DNA of 64,000 bases from Candidatus Marinacidobacterium sp. (GCA_965204755.1 OZ242011.1:3392001-3456000); one strand, 5' to 3'. Positions 18,601-29,300 are shown, counted from the first letter of the stretch. Notes: generated by a model from the sequence alone, not told the origin. Numbers and translations are program-made.

Positions 18601-19281
18601 GAGCGCCAGCGGGCGCGCCGGGCCGCGCGGAACGGCGAGCCGGACGCCGAGGAGCGGCTGGCCGAGGTGAAGGAGGAGCAGCGCCGCTTCCACGAACGGC
18701 GGGAGCGCCGGCTGGCCCGCCTGCGCGGGGAGCCGGCGCTGATCGAGCCGGGGGAGGTGGAAATGCTGGCCCATGCCCTCGTGCTGCCGACGCGCGACCC
18801 GGAGAGCGAGCGCCGCCTCGAGGCGGAGGTCGAGCGGGTCGCGATGCGGGTGGCGGCGGCCCACGAGGAGGCCGAAGGCCGGACCGTCCACGATGTGAGC
18901 CGACCGGAACTCGCCCGCCGCGTCGGTCTTCCGGACTGGCCCGGCTTCGACCTCCATTCGGCGGGGCCGGGCCGGGCGAACGGGCCGGCCGACATCCGGG
19001 GCATCGAGGTCAAGGGGCGCGCCGGCGCCGAGGGGGTGCAGATCTCCGAGAACGAGTGGGCGCGGGCCTGCAACCTGCGGGACCGGTACTGGATCTACGC
19101 CGTCCTCGACTGCGCGACGCCGCGCCCGCGCCTCATCCGCGTTCGGGATCCCTTCGGGAAACTCCTGGCCCGACGCCGCGAGTCCGTCGCGGTCTCCGTG
19201 GCGGACCTGTTGCAGGCCGCGGAACCGGAGAGCGGCGTCGGGACGGCGGCGGGGCGGGGGCCGGACGGAGGGGGACGATGA
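15640..19281 (+). CDS. XRE-HTH + SNF2-family helicase + DUF3883 (PD-(D/E)XK-like) nuclease fusion
   Basis: HTH LGLTQTELAERVGVSFATVNRWE; LADDAGAGKT, DEAH, LTATPH, AAGEGINLQ, LEQRMGRIHRYGQ; GFDL...IEVKG...SENEW. Confidence 0.9.
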   Translation: MSPADPVPLDYPERVRAVRRRLGLTQTELAERVGVSFATVNRWENRHTRPARVAWRQVASLEAEAAEREWMVREPTAEESMVDFSSEPEVVTAVAEAERLSHGYLSNPAFAAEISSVDPLPHQRVAVYERMLKQRPLRFLLADDAGAGKTIMTGLYLREVFARRLVKRVLIVPPAGLVGNWEREMRALFRLGFRILGRAGERPENPFVGPESDLLIAGVDTLAGEGVFGKLRDAVGEGAAEPYDLVVFDEAHKLSVSREGGFRERRTARYGLAAALAGLPGGGPRWRLGWSAANLLLLTATPHMGKDYPYYGLWRLLAPHALPSMDAFPDFTRAEKDRFFIRRTKEEMVRFDGRPLYPQRRCDTLSYRLSPPEQDLYDGTTKYIEEAYNRAAGLNRGAAQLAMTVFQRRLASSTHALMRSFERRIEKLAHAVALVQAGRLEELEARQRRLGQTDDYFDSHTADEDADGDGEASARFEEDALGGLIALSLADLREERTRVADLLEQARALASRGKDAKLERLTEVLRDPRYRGEKVIVFTEHRDTADFLVGRLEGMGFTGQVATIHGGLDYRERERQVEFFRRSSADGGACYLVATDAAGEGINLQFCWLMINYDVPWNPARLEQRMGRIHRYGQKRDPVVIVNLIAGETREGRVVGALLEKLERIRERLGSDKVFDVVGRLFRGCSLRSYLQRAVTDEGAEEAITEIDGVLAEERVRAEEERERSLFGAGDVAARLPALEESLERERFRRLLPGYVRRFVQSAAPLLDLRITGDLDSGFGFDPMRAGAGDFLFRAVGFYPIANRASFSVRRPGEGEEATWMHPGEPVFEAFCSCLRSRYRPHALQGAIFLDPAATEPYLFHLAGLSVRRRRPARRSFDRAASAEGERARFDIVERRLVGVRQDNEGQVAKMAVEHLLLLQGAGDALPGAVAVARRARTLVAEAEEWLRAEELAGLVADWRSDAERAAEGELAWVNRGFDYRMADLVAERQRARRAARNGEPDAEERLAEVKEEQRRFHERRERRLARLRGEPALIEPGEVEMLAHALVLPTRDPESERRLEAEVERVAMRVAAAHEEAEGRTVHDVSRPELARRVGLPDWPGFDLHSAGPGRANGPADIRGIEVKGRAGAEGVQISENEWARACNLRDRYWIYAVLDCATPRPRLIRVRDPFGKLLARRRESVAVSVADLLQAAEPESGVGTAAGRGPDGGGR

Positions 19282-20930
19282 GACTGACGCGGGTGGAGAT
19301 CGAGAACTTCCGCTGCATCGAGCGGATCTCCGTGGATCTGGACGAGACCACGGTCCTCATCGGCGAGAACAACTCCGGCAAGACCGCCTTCCTGGATGCG
19401 GTCCGCCTCTGTCTGGACCCGCCCTTCGGACGGAAACGGCGGCCGTTCGAAGAGTACGACTATCGGCTCTCCGAAGGGAAGGCGTCCCCGGCCGAGGCGC
19501 CGCCGATTCGGATCGAGTTGGTCTTCGCGGAGGGATTCCCCAAGGAATGGCCGGAGGATGTGCGCCAGGATTTCCGGGAGGTCATCGATCGGGACCCGGA
19601 GGAGCGCGGCGTGATCCGACTGCGCGTGACCGCGTCGTTCCCTTCGGACACGGAGTGGGAGTTCCTCACGGAGATGGAAGGACCGACCGAACGGCCCGCG
19701 TTCTTGGAACGCATCCGGCGCTTGGCGCCGGTGAACTATCTTTCGGCTCTTCGGGATGCCGAGAAGAACTTCGCATCCCGCGGCCGCTATTGGCGGGACT
19801 TTCTCGACGAGACCGGAATCCCGACCGAGGAGCGGGCCGGCCTGGAACGGGAACTCCACGAGGTCAACACGCGGATCGTAGCGCAGCACCAGCCGTTGGC
19901 GAGCGTACGAGAACAACTCGAGGTCGTGAGGAAGGTGCTCGACTTCGCCGCAGCAGATGCCGTCAGTGTGGATGCACTGCCGACCAAACTCTTTGCCCTC
20001 TTGTCGGGCGCGCAAGTGAGTTTGGCCTCGCGTTCGGGCGCTCGCATCCCCGTGACGCGCCAAGGACAAGGAACGCAGAGTCTCGCCGTACTTGCGCTGT
20101 TCGCCGCCTTCTTGGGCAGTCGCCGCGCCGCGGGGCAGCCGGAGGCAGTCCCGATTACGGCTCTCGAAGAACCGGAAGCGCACCTCCATCCGGCCGCCGT
20201 GCGCGCGCTGATGCGCATCGTGGACGAGATACCGGGGCAGAAGTTGATCGCGACGCACAGCGGGGACCTCATGGCCCAGGTCTCGACGACACAGATCCGC
20301 CGGTTCGCGCCCGAGGGTTCCGGTGTCGCGGTTCACCGAATCGCGAAGGACAGCCTGAGTCGGGAGGAAGCCGGGAAATTCGACTTCCATGTGAAGCGTG
20401 TGCGCGGCGAACTGCTCTTCGCCCGTTGCTGGCTCCTCGTGGAGGGCGAGACGGAGGAAACCCTCTTTGCGGGAGCCGCGAGGGTGATGGACCGCGACCT
20501 GGACCGAGCCGGCGTTCGCCTGGTGAAGATCACCGGCGCCGGGCCGGAAATGTTCGTGAAGGCGGCGGAGGCGCTGGGGATCCGCTGGCGATGCGTGGTC
20601 GATGACGACGATGCGGGTCGACGCTATCGGAGATCCATCGCCAAAGTGGTGGGGCAGGAAGCGGCAGCGCGCCGGGTGTCTTCGCCGTATGTTTCACCGG
20701 AAGAGTGCTTGCTCGACGGGGGTTTCGACGAACTCTACGAGCGGCGCCCCACGGTCGGTGATCGGCCGCCGTCGGTGCGACCGCAGTCACTCAAGACCGT
20801 CCCGAAGCGCGGGACGAAGCCGGCGGCTGCGGCGGAGGCAGTGGAGTTGATCGAAGCGGACCCCGATCGGCTTCCGGCGGCGATTCGCGATATCGTTAGC
20901 GATGTCTTGGCCGTGGCGGGAGAAGTGTGA
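19278..20930 (+). CDS. OLD-family ATP-dependent endonuclease (GajA-like)
   Basis: IENFR, GENNSGKT, LEEPEAHLHP, ATHS; TOPRIM LLVEGETE and VDDDDAG; ATGA overlap with the helicase gene. Confidence 0.88.
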   Translation: MRLTRVEIENFRCIERISVDLDETTVLIGENNSGKTAFLDAVRLCLDPPFGRKRRPFEEYDYRLSEGKASPAEAPPIRIELVFAEGFPKEWPEDVRQDFREVIDRDPEERGVIRLRVTASFPSDTEWEFLTEMEGPTERPAFLERIRRLAPVNYLSALRDAEKNFASRGRYWRDFLDETGIPTEERAGLERELHEVNTRIVAQHQPLASVREQLEVVRKVLDFAAADAVSVDALPTKLFALLSGAQVSLASRSGARIPVTRQGQGTQSLAVLALFAAFLGSRRAAGQPEAVPITALEEPEAHLHPAAVRALMRIVDEIPGQKLIATHSGDLMAQVSTTQIRRFAPEGSGVAVHRIAKDSLSREEAGKFDFHVKRVRGELLFARCWLLVEGETEETLFAGAARVMDRDLDRAGVRLVKITGAGPEMFVKAAEALGIRWRCVVDDDDAGRRYRRSIAKVVGQEAAARRVSSPYVSPEECLLDGGFDELYERRPTVGDRPPSVRPQSLKTVPKRGTKPAAAAEAVELIEADPDRLPAAIRDIVSDVLAVAGEV

Positions 20931-22882
20931 TGGTGGATGTCGACGACCTGAACGGCAATCAGCAGGTGGCGGCGGCTTGGGGCGAGGGGCCGCTGCTCGT
21001 CCTGGCCGGGCCGGGGGCCGGCAAGACTTCGGTGTTGACACTGCGCGTGGTTCGCCTCATCCGGGAGACGCCCAAGAAGAGATTCCGCGTCCTCGGGCTG
21101 ACCTTCACGAACAAGGCCGCCGACGAGATGCGGCGGCGGGTGCGACGGCGGCTCCGCCGGGATGCCGAACGCACCGACCTTACGACCTTTCACTCGTTTG
21201 CGATCACCGTACTCAGACAGCACGGCGGCCGCATGGGACTCCATCCCGATCTCGCGGTGCTGGCGGACGACCGGGATCGCCTGGCGCTCCTCCGGAAGGC
21301 CGTCGAACGCGTGGGGGCGAGCGGCCCGCCGGATTGGTCAGAAGCGGGACTCCTCCGCAAGTTGGACTCTTGGATGGCCAGCGGGGAGGATGTCACGGAG
21401 ATCGCGGCGCCCGACCGGGAAGCGTGGATTCGTCCGGTGTACGGCGCCTATCTCGACCTGCTCATGGAGCGGAACAGTCTGGACTTCCCGGCGTCCCTGA
21501 TCCTGTGTCGGCGACTCTTCCGCGAGCGGCCGATATTCGCCGAGGACCAACGAGTCGTCTATCCGTACGCCTGCGTGGACGGGTACCAGGACACGAACCG
21601 CGCCCAGGACCGGCTCCTCCGGGACATCTACCCGGACCGCGACGCCAACCTGTTCGTGGTGGCGGACGACGACCAGACGATCTACGAGTGGAACGGCGCC
21701 ACTCCGACGCGGCTTCGCGCGCTCCGGGATTACTACGGAATGAGGGTTCTCCAACTGCCGAGGAGTTTTCGGTGTCCGTCGGCGGTGACCGGCCGCGCGA
21801 ACCGCCTGATGGGGCGCGACCGCGAGCGGCTGTTCGAGAAGGAGCCGCCGGAGTCGGCGGCGCCGACGGACGCCGGAGAAGTCTTGCGGGCGTTGAAGTT
21901 CGCCGACGAGGGCGAGGAGGCCCGGTGGATCGCGGGGGACATCGCCGCGAGGCCGGAACCGGGGCGGTGCGCGGTGTTGGCGCGGACGCACCGGTTGTTG
22001 GATGCGGCGGCGAAGGCGCTCGAAGCCGCGGGAATCGCCTGCCAGGTTACCGAAGTGAAGAGGGAGTTCGAGTCACCGCTGGTCGTGTTCGTCCACGCCG
22101 TGCTGCGGCTGGCCAACGCGCCGACCCACCGGGAACACTTCGCGACGGTTTGCCGGGCTTACCGGGACCTGACCGGCGTGGACCTCGGGCCGGAAGAGGT
22201 GGAGGCCGAGAGCGCGCTCACCGGGCGGCCCCTCTTGGTGGGATTTGCGGAAGTGGCCGCGTCGCGGGCCGTGAACGGGCAGCCGTCGCTGGTCGCCGCC
22301 GTGCGAGAACATGTCCTGGAGGTCCTCGACTACCGGAAGTTCGTTGCCGCGGCTTTCGAGTGGACCGGTGGCGGCGAAGACCGGCTGCTGGCCGGCCGGG
22401 ACGAGACGAACCAGGGGTGGGAGATCCGGGCGTGGCGCGATCTCGGGCGGCAGATCCGGGGAGCGGTCGGGGACCGGCCGTCCCTGCGGCGATTCCTCGA
22501 AGAGATGGACGGGAGGCCGAAGAGCCGTCCGGCCGGCGAGAACGAGGTCCGCTGCCTGACGATCCACGGAGCGAAGGGGCTGGAGTTCGAGCATGTCTAT
22601 GTCGCCGGCCTGGCGCAGGGCGAACTCCCCTCGTATCGGGCCGTCCGGCGGGGCGGGGAGGCGATCCGGGAGGAACGCCGCGCCTGCTTCGTGGCCATCA
22701 CGCGGGCGGCGGGCAGCCTTACGCTGACGCACGCGGATTCGTACTTCGGTTGGCGGAGGGAGCCGTCGCAGTTCCTGGCCGAGATGGAGGTAGAGACGGT
22801 GAACGGGAGTACGCCGCTTGTCGAAAGCCGCGACGGGCTCTCGGAAGCGCTCCCCGAACATCGAGTCGCCGAAGGGGCGTGA
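20927..22882 (+). CDS. UvrD/Rep-like SF1 helicase (GajB-like) with an atypical Walker B
   Basis: AGPGAGKT, LTFTNKAA, TFHS, VDGYQD, DDDQTIY, TIHGAKGLEF, EERR...VAITRA; GTGA overlap. Confidence 0.88.
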   Translation: MMVDVDDLNGNQQVAAAWGEGPLLVLAGPGAGKTSVLTLRVVRLIRETPKKRFRVLGLTFTNKAADEMRRRVRRRLRRDAERTDLTTFHSFAITVLRQHGGRMGLHPDLAVLADDRDRLALLRKAVERVGASGPPDWSEAGLLRKLDSWMASGEDVTEIAAPDREAWIRPVYGAYLDLLMERNSLDFPASLILCRRLFRERPIFAEDQRVVYPYACVDGYQDTNRAQDRLLRDIYPDRDANLFVVADDDQTIYEWNGATPTRLRALRDYYGMRVLQLPRSFRCPSAVTGRANRLMGRDRERLFEKEPPESAAPTDAGEVLRALKFADEGEEARWIAGDIAARPEPGRCAVLARTHRLLDAAAKALEAAGIACQVTEVKREFESPLVVFVHAVLRLANAPTHREHFATVCRAYRDLTGVDLGPEEVEAESALTGRPLLVGFAEVAASRAVNGQPSLVAAVREHVLEVLDYRKFVAAAFEWTGGGEDRLLAGRDETNQGWEIRAWRDLGRQIRGAVGDRPSLRRFLEEMDGRPKSRPAGENEVRCLTIHGAKGLEFEHVYVAGLAQGELPSYRAVRRGGEAIREERRACFVAITRAAGSLTLTHADSYFGWRREPSQFLAEMEVETVNGSTPLVESRDGLSEALPEHRVAEGA

Positions 22883-22959
22883 AGGCGTCCTTCGGAGATG
22901 ACCGTGAGCGCTGATCCGGAAGGGACTCTCGGCGCGCCGGTCGGTCGAGGTGTCGCGGC

Positions 22960-25900
22960 ATGACGACGCCGAAGCGACTGATCGAAGTGGGGTTTCCGCT
23001 GGAAGCGGTGTCGCTGGATTCGGCTCATGAGAAGAATGTGCGGCATGGGCACTTGTCCACGCTGCACATCTGGCCGGCGCGGAGGCCGCTGGCGGCGTGT
23101 CGGGCGGCGTTGATCGGGGCGCTGCTGCCGGATCCCGGGAGCGAGAGGAAGCGGCGGGATCTCCATGCGCGGATGGCGGGTGCGGTGATGACCGACCGCC
23201 GGGACGAAGTTTCCGGGGGGCGGCGGGTATCCGCGCCGAAGCGCGTTACCGTGGGCGGGATCCTGCACTGGGGGCGGGAAGCGGACGAGGGGATCGAGCA
23301 GTTTCGGGCCGACATTCGCCGGGCCTTCGGGGGGCGGGCGCCGCGCGTGCTGGATCCGTTCGCCGGGGGCGGGGCGATACCGCTGGAGGCGATGCGGCTC
23401 GGGTGCGAGGTCGAGGCGGCGGACATCAACCCGGTGGCGTGGTTCCTTCTCCGGTGCGCGCTGGAGTACCCGCAGCGGCTCGCGGGGAAGACGAGGCCGC
23501 TGCCTCGTTTCGCGCGGTCCGACCGGGAGTTCATGGGCGAGTATTGGAAGAGCCGGGGGTATCGGCGGGGCGAGATCGCGTCGAGGCTGGACGCGATGGA
23601 GGCCGAGGGGACCGCGGACAGTCGCGGGGAGGCGAGGCGGATGTTTCCGCTCGAGGAGGCCGTCGACGGGAACTTGGCTTGGCAAGTTCGGGCGTGGAGC
23701 CGGCGGGTGCTCACGGGGGCGCGGAGGCGGCTCGCCGCGCGCTATCCGGTCTATGCCGAGTTCGTTCCGCTGCGGAGGGGAGACCGGCCGTACGAGGAAC
23801 GGGCACCGCGCCGCCTCGCGCCCGATGCGGAGGGGAGGGTGACGGTGGATACGCTGAACGAGGGACTCGACGGCCGCTACCTGGCGGACCGCGAGAATCC
23901 GCGGTGGGTGGCGAAGCCGGCGGCGGCGTACCTCTGGGCGCGGACGGTGGAATGCAAGCGGTGCCGCGCGGAACTGCCGCTGTTGAAGACCCGCTGGCTG
24001 TGCCGCCGTCCGGGGAAGCGCGTCCTGTTGACGATGGCGCCGAACGGGACCGGTACCGGTGTGGTGTTCGGTGTCGAGGAGGGGGTCGAGGCGGCGTCCG
24101 CGAAGGCGGCCGGGACCGGGGAGGGGACGACCAGCCGCACCGGCGCGCGCTGCCCGTGCTGTTCGAACATCATGGCGATGGAAGACCTCCGGATCGAGGG
24201 GCGCGCCGGACGGATGGGCGCGGTGATGACCGCCGTCGTCGTGGATGGGCCCTCCGGCAAGGAGTACCGGAGGCCCCGGGCGGAGGAAATCCAAGCGGCG
24301 ACCGTCGAGGACACGGAACTCGCGGCGCTCTACGAGGACATCCCGTTCGGCCCTCCCGACGAGCCGACTCCGAGCAAAGAGAGCCTCGGAGTCAACATTC
24401 CGCTGTACGGCTTCGACACCTGGCGCACGGTGTTCGGGAGCCGGCAACTGCTGGCGATGGGCGCCTTCGTGAGGGAGGTCCGCGCGTGTCGTGGAGAACT
24501 GGCTGACGATCCCCGATGGTGGCGGGAAGCGATCTCGGCGTACTTGTCATGTGTCGTGAGCAAACTGGCCGACTACAGCAGCGCCTTGTGTTCTTGGGAC
24601 AATGGCCGCGAAACCTTGAGGGACACTTTCGCGCGCTTTGCGTTCCCCATGGTCTGGGACTATTGCGAAGTGAACCCGTTGGCGACAGGAACCGGCGGTT
24701 TTTCGCGTATGGCGGAATGGGTGAGCCGCTATCTGGAACACGCGGACACCGCAACTGCGGGAGCGGGCAGGCCGAAGATCCAGGCTCGCAGCGCGTTGTC
24801 GGCGCCTTCCGGCCAGTTCGATCTGATATGCACGGATCCTCCGTACTACGACGCCATCCCGTACTCGGACTTGATGGACTTCTTTCATGTCTGGTTGCGC
24901 CGGGCCCTCCACGGCCTTTCCCCGGAGATGGACGAGGCGTTCGCGCCGGCGCTCGGCCCCAAGTGGAGCGAGCCCTCGGGTGACGGCGAACTCATCGACG
25001 AGTCGGCGCGGTTCGGGGGAGACCGGGAACGGTCGAAGCGGAACTACGAAGACGGAATGGAGCGGGCGTTCTCGCGGTGCCGGGATGCCCTGAGCGACGA
25101 GGGGCGGCTCGTCGTCGTGTTCGCCAACAAGCAGCCGGACGCCTGGGAGACGCTCGTCGCGGCGCTGATCCGCTCCGGTTTCGTGGTGACCGGCTCGTGG
25201 CCCATCCGGACCGAGATGCAGACGCGGCAGCGGTCCCTGGGTTCGGCGGCGCTCTCGTCTTCCGTGTGGCTCGTGTGCCGGAAGAGGCCGCCGAAGGCGG
25301 CGCCCGGCTGGGACAGGAAGGTGCTCGCCGAGATGCGGGAGAGCATCAAGACTCGGCTCCGGGTCTTCTGGGACGCCGGGCTGCGAGGCCCGGACTTCGT
25401 TTGGGCGGCGACGGGCCCGGCCCTCGAAGCGTTCTCCGGGCATCCCGTCGTGAAGCGCGTCGCCGCGCGTCGGGCCGGCGCGTCGGCGACTCTCGGAGTC
25501 GCCGAGTTCCTGAGGGAAGTGCGCCGGATGGTGGTGGACTTCGTGGTGAGGCGGGTCCTGACGGCGGACGAGTCCGGCGATGAAAGTCGCCGGACCGGCG
25601 TCCGCGAGCCGTCCTCGTCGGGGACGGAGACGAACGAAGGCGCCGTCGCCGGCCTGGACGATGTAACCACCTACTACCTGCTGCACCGCCAGGACTACGG
25701 GCTGGAGTCCGTGCCGGTGGGTGCTTCGATCCTCTATGCGCAGTCGTGCGGCATACCGGACCGGGACCTGTCCGGGACCCTCGACCTGCTCGAGACGGGG
25801 AAGGGCAAAGGGTCGGGCCGCGGCGACGAGGCGGCGGACGAGGGCGAAGCCGGCGCGAGCGGCGAGCCGGACGCGGGCGGGACCGAAAGCGCGGGCGCCG

Positions 25901-26220
25901 GAGGAACGGCGCGGCTCAAGGCGTGGAACCGGCGCGCGCTGAAGCCGCTCCGCGAGGAGCGGGCGGACGACCGCCCGACGCCGCTGATCGATCACGCCCA
26001 CCGCCTGATGGGGCTCTGGAGCGCCGGTAACGAGGCGAAGGTGAACGAGTACCTCCACCGCCGCGGCCTGCTGCGGAACTCGTTGTTTCCGCGAGTGCTG
26101 CAGGCGCTCGTGGAACTCGCTCCGGCGGAGTCCGAGGAACGGCGACTTCTCGAGTCGGTGGCCCGGCAGGTGGCCGCCGAGGCCGGCGGCGCCGTGAACC
26201 CGGACCTCGGCGCCGAATGA
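22960..26220 (+). CDS. DUF1156-domain amino-DNA methyltransferase
   Basis: LHIWPARRPLAACRA, VLDPFAGGGAIPLEA (SAM motif), TDPPYYD, CxxC pairs. Confidence 0.92.
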   Translation: MTTPKRLIEVGFPLEAVSLDSAHEKNVRHGHLSTLHIWPARRPLAACRAALIGALLPDPGSERKRRDLHARMAGAVMTDRRDEVSGGRRVSAPKRVTVGGILHWGREADEGIEQFRADIRRAFGGRAPRVLDPFAGGGAIPLEAMRLGCEVEAADINPVAWFLLRCALEYPQRLAGKTRPLPRFARSDREFMGEYWKSRGYRRGEIASRLDAMEAEGTADSRGEARRMFPLEEAVDGNLAWQVRAWSRRVLTGARRRLAARYPVYAEFVPLRRGDRPYEERAPRRLAPDAEGRVTVDTLNEGLDGRYLADRENPRWVAKPAAAYLWARTVECKRCRAELPLLKTRWLCRRPGKRVLLTMAPNGTGTGVVFGVEEGVEAASAKAAGTGEGTTSRTGARCPCCSNIMAMEDLRIEGRAGRMGAVMTAVVVDGPSGKEYRRPRAEEIQAATVEDTELAALYEDIPFGPPDEPTPSKESLGVNIPLYGFDTWRTVFGSRQLLAMGAFVREVRACRGELADDPRWWREAISAYLSCVVSKLADYSSALCSWDNGRETLRDTFARFAFPMVWDYCEVNPLATGTGGFSRMAEWVSRYLEHADTATAGAGRPKIQARSALSAPSGQFDLICTDPPYYDAIPYSDLMDFFHVWLRRALHGLSPEMDEAFAPALGPKWSEPSGDGELIDESARFGGDRERSKRNYEDGMERAFSRCRDALSDEGRLVVVFANKQPDAWETLVAALIRSGFVVTGSWPIRTEMQTRQRSLGSAALSSSVWLVCRKRPPKAAPGWDRKVLAEMRESIKTRLRVFWDAGLRGPDFVWAATGPALEAFSGHPVVKRVAARRAGASATLGVAEFLREVRRMVVDFVVRRVLTADESGDESRRTGVREPSSSGTETNEGAVAGLDDVTTYYLLHRQDYGLESVPVGASILYAQSCGIPDRDLSGTLDLLETGKGKGSGRGDEAADEGEAGASGEPDAGGTESAGAGGTARLKAWNRRALKPLREERADDRPTPLIDHAHRLMGLWSAGNEAKVNEYLHRRGLLRNSLFPRVLQALVELAPAESEERRLLESVARQVAAEAGGAVNPDLGAE

Positions 26221-26366
26221 TCCTGCGGCTTCTCCCGAATCGCCCCGGTCCCCCGACCGGGAATCGGCCCGGCGCCCCCGGCGGGGGCATACTCCCCGCC
26301 GGACGCGGCCCTCTCGCTCGGAGGAAACCATACCGGGCGATCTGAAGAAGGAACGAAACCCGAACC

Positions 26367-29300
26367 ATGCCCAAGACCCCCCCGTGGACGCCGTGGCGTC
26401 AAGTCGTCGAACTGAGGGACGATGTGCGCACCGGCGAACTCTCGCTCACGGAGTTCGCGGCCGACCTGCACGATGTGATGATGCAGCAGGGCGCCCGGCC
26501 GATCTACGAGGACCCGGCGCGCTTCTTCGCGCTGACCTACCCGACGCTGTCGCTGCGCGAACTGGCGCGGGATGTGGCGCTGCGCCTTGCGGGAAAGAGC
26601 ACGAAGGCCATCCGTCAACTGGAACAACCCTACGGGGGCGGCAAGACCCACACGCTGGTCACGCTGCGGCACCTCTTCCACGATCCGGCTCGTCTCCCGT
26701 CGCTGCCGGCCGTCAAGCAATTCCGTTTCGAAGTCGAGGGCGAATTGCCGGGCGCCTGCGTCGCGGCGCTCAGTTTCGACAAGTTGGATGTGCAGTTGGG
26801 GATGGAAGTCCTGGGCCCGACCGGGGAGAAGCGCCGCCTCCGCCAGCCGTGGAGCGTCCTGGCGTTCCAACTCGCCGGGGCGGACGGACTCCGGGCACTC
26901 CACGCGGATGGGCGCGACGAAGAGCGGGAGCCGCCGCCGGCCGAGCCGCTCCTGGCCGCGCTGCTGGCGAAGCCGGCGGAACGGGGGCTCGGCACGCTCG
27001 TGTTGATAGACGAGGTGTTGATGTATGCACGGGAGAAGGCGGCCGTTTCTGACCGGGACCGCGTGCGGCTCGTGGACTTCTTCCAGTACCTCACCCAGGC
27101 CGCGGCCCATGTGGATCGGTGCGTCGTGGTCGCCTCGCTGCTCGCTTCGAACCCGGAGAAGAGCGACGCTCTCGGCCGGTCGGTGAGCGCCGAGATCTCC
27201 GACATCTTCGGCCGGCAGCGCGAAGAAGGCGTGCAGCCGGTGCAGAAGGAAGATGTGGCGGAGGTGATGCGGCGCCGGTTCTTCACGCCGGAGTCCATCG
27301 CGGACCGGGAGGCGTTTCGTCCGCAGGTTTCCGGCGCGGTCAAACGGATCGCCGGGGTCCACGACGCCACCGCCGGGGAGCGCCGCAGCGAGGAAGAGCG
27401 GTTCCTTCGGAGTTACCCGTTCCACCCCGACCTCACGGACATCTTCTACAGCCGCTGGACGCAGTTGGAGCGGTTCCAGCGGACGCGCGGCATCCTCCGG
27501 GTCTTCGCCATCGCGCTGCGCGACGCCGAGGCGTGGGACGACGGGCCGCTGGTGGGGCCGGGCGCGCTGCTTCCGAAACCGGGCGCCGGCGGTATCGCCG
27601 AGGCGGCGCGCGAACTCGCGGAGGTCGCGACCCTTTCCGCCGGAGAGGAGGGCGGGAACGCCTGGAACACGGTGCTCGAAGGGGAGTTGGACAAGGCGCG
27701 GCAGATCCAGGAGGAGAGCGGGCGGCTTCGTTTCCGGGAGATGGAACAGGCGGTCGCCGCCGTGTTCCTGAGTTCGCAGCCGGCCGGGCAGAAGGCGCAC
27801 ACGCCGGAACTCGCCGCGCTCGCCGGGGCCACCGGGCCGGACCGCATCGAACTGGAGAAGGGGCTCCGCCGCTGGACCGAAGTGTCCTGGTTCCTCGACG
27901 ACGCCGAGTACGGCGACCGGGACTCGACGAAGGACCTGCCGAACGCCTGGCGGCTGGGGCAGCGGCCGAACCTGAAGCAGATGCACCACGAGGCCCGAAC
28001 CAACCGGGTCGCGGCCGAGTCGGTGGAAGCGGCGGTGCTGGAAGCCGTGCGCAGGGCCAAGAGCCTGACCGAAGGCGCGAGGGAGGCCGGGGCGCGGCTC
28101 CACCGCCTGCCGGAGTCACCGCAGGACATCGCGGACGACGGGGAGTTCCACTTCGTCGTCCTCGGGCCGAAAGCGGCGTCCGACTCCGGGAAGCCGAGCG
28201 CCGAGGCCAAGCGGTTCGTCGAAGAGAAGGCGTCGGGGGCGGATCGCCGCTGTCGAAACGCGGTCGTGGTGGCCGTTCCGTCGCGCGACGGGTTGAAGGC
28301 GCTTCAGGACGCCGCCCGCGACTTGCTCGCGTGGGACGCGGTTCGCAAGCAACTCCAGGGGGAATCCCTGGATGCGGCTCGAGAAGCGATGCTGGCGAGC
28401 GAGTCGAACAAGGCGCGGCAGCGCGTGGCCACGGGAGTGCGGCAGGCGTGGACCGTCATCGTCGGCGCCGACGAAGGCGGCGGGGTCGGCGCCTTCCGGT
28501 TGCCGCCGAGCGCCGACCCGCTCTTCCTCGCGGTGAAGGCGGACCGGCGCGCCCGGATCGAGGAGACCGCGATCGAGCCGCAGGCGCTGCTGCCGGAGGG
28601 GCCCTACGACCTCTGGCGCGAGGACGAAGAGTCGCGCCGCGTGAAGACGCTGGTGGAGGCGTTCGCGGAGGACCCCGCGCTGCCGCGCATGATCGGCCGG
28701 AAGGGGATACGGGACACGGTCAGCGCCGGCGTCCGGGAAGGCGCCTTCGTGGCTTCGCTCCGCCGCCCGGACGGCTCCGTCCGGACCTGGTGGCGGGCGA
28801 AACTCGACGAGTCGGCGTTCGAGTCGGCGGAACTCGAAGTGATCCGACCGGGAAAGGCCGGCCTCACCGCGCTGGACGCGGAGTTGCTGGCGCCGGGTGT
28901 CTTGCCGGACCTCTGGGAAGGGGACTCGGTGGAGGTCTCCCGCGTTCTCGAGTACTTCTCCGGCGGGAAGCAGGTGACCGTCCCGCGGGACGGTTTCGAG
29001 GAGTCGCTCGATGTTCCGAAGTGCCCGCGCGAGGTCGTGGAGGCCGCCGTCGCGGAGGCGGTTCGCGCCGGTTCGGTCTGGTTGCGGAACGGGCCGGCGA
29101 GTTTCCAGGGGGAAGAAGTTCCGGCGGGGGTGTTGACGGCTTCCGCGTCGCTCCGCCGCCCCATGTCTCCCCTCCCGGTGGACCGCTTCACCGAGGAGTC
29201 CTTGCCCGAGGTGTGGCGCGACGGACGGGCCAACCTGGTGGCGGTGGCGGCGGCGATCGAGGCGCAGGAGGGGCATCCGGCGCCGTGGGCGGTTCTCCGC

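Noticed and set aside
26217-26345. 42-codon ORF overlapping the DUF1156 stop as the missing DUF3780
   Set aside because: Too short, Pro/Gly/Arg-rich and without family features
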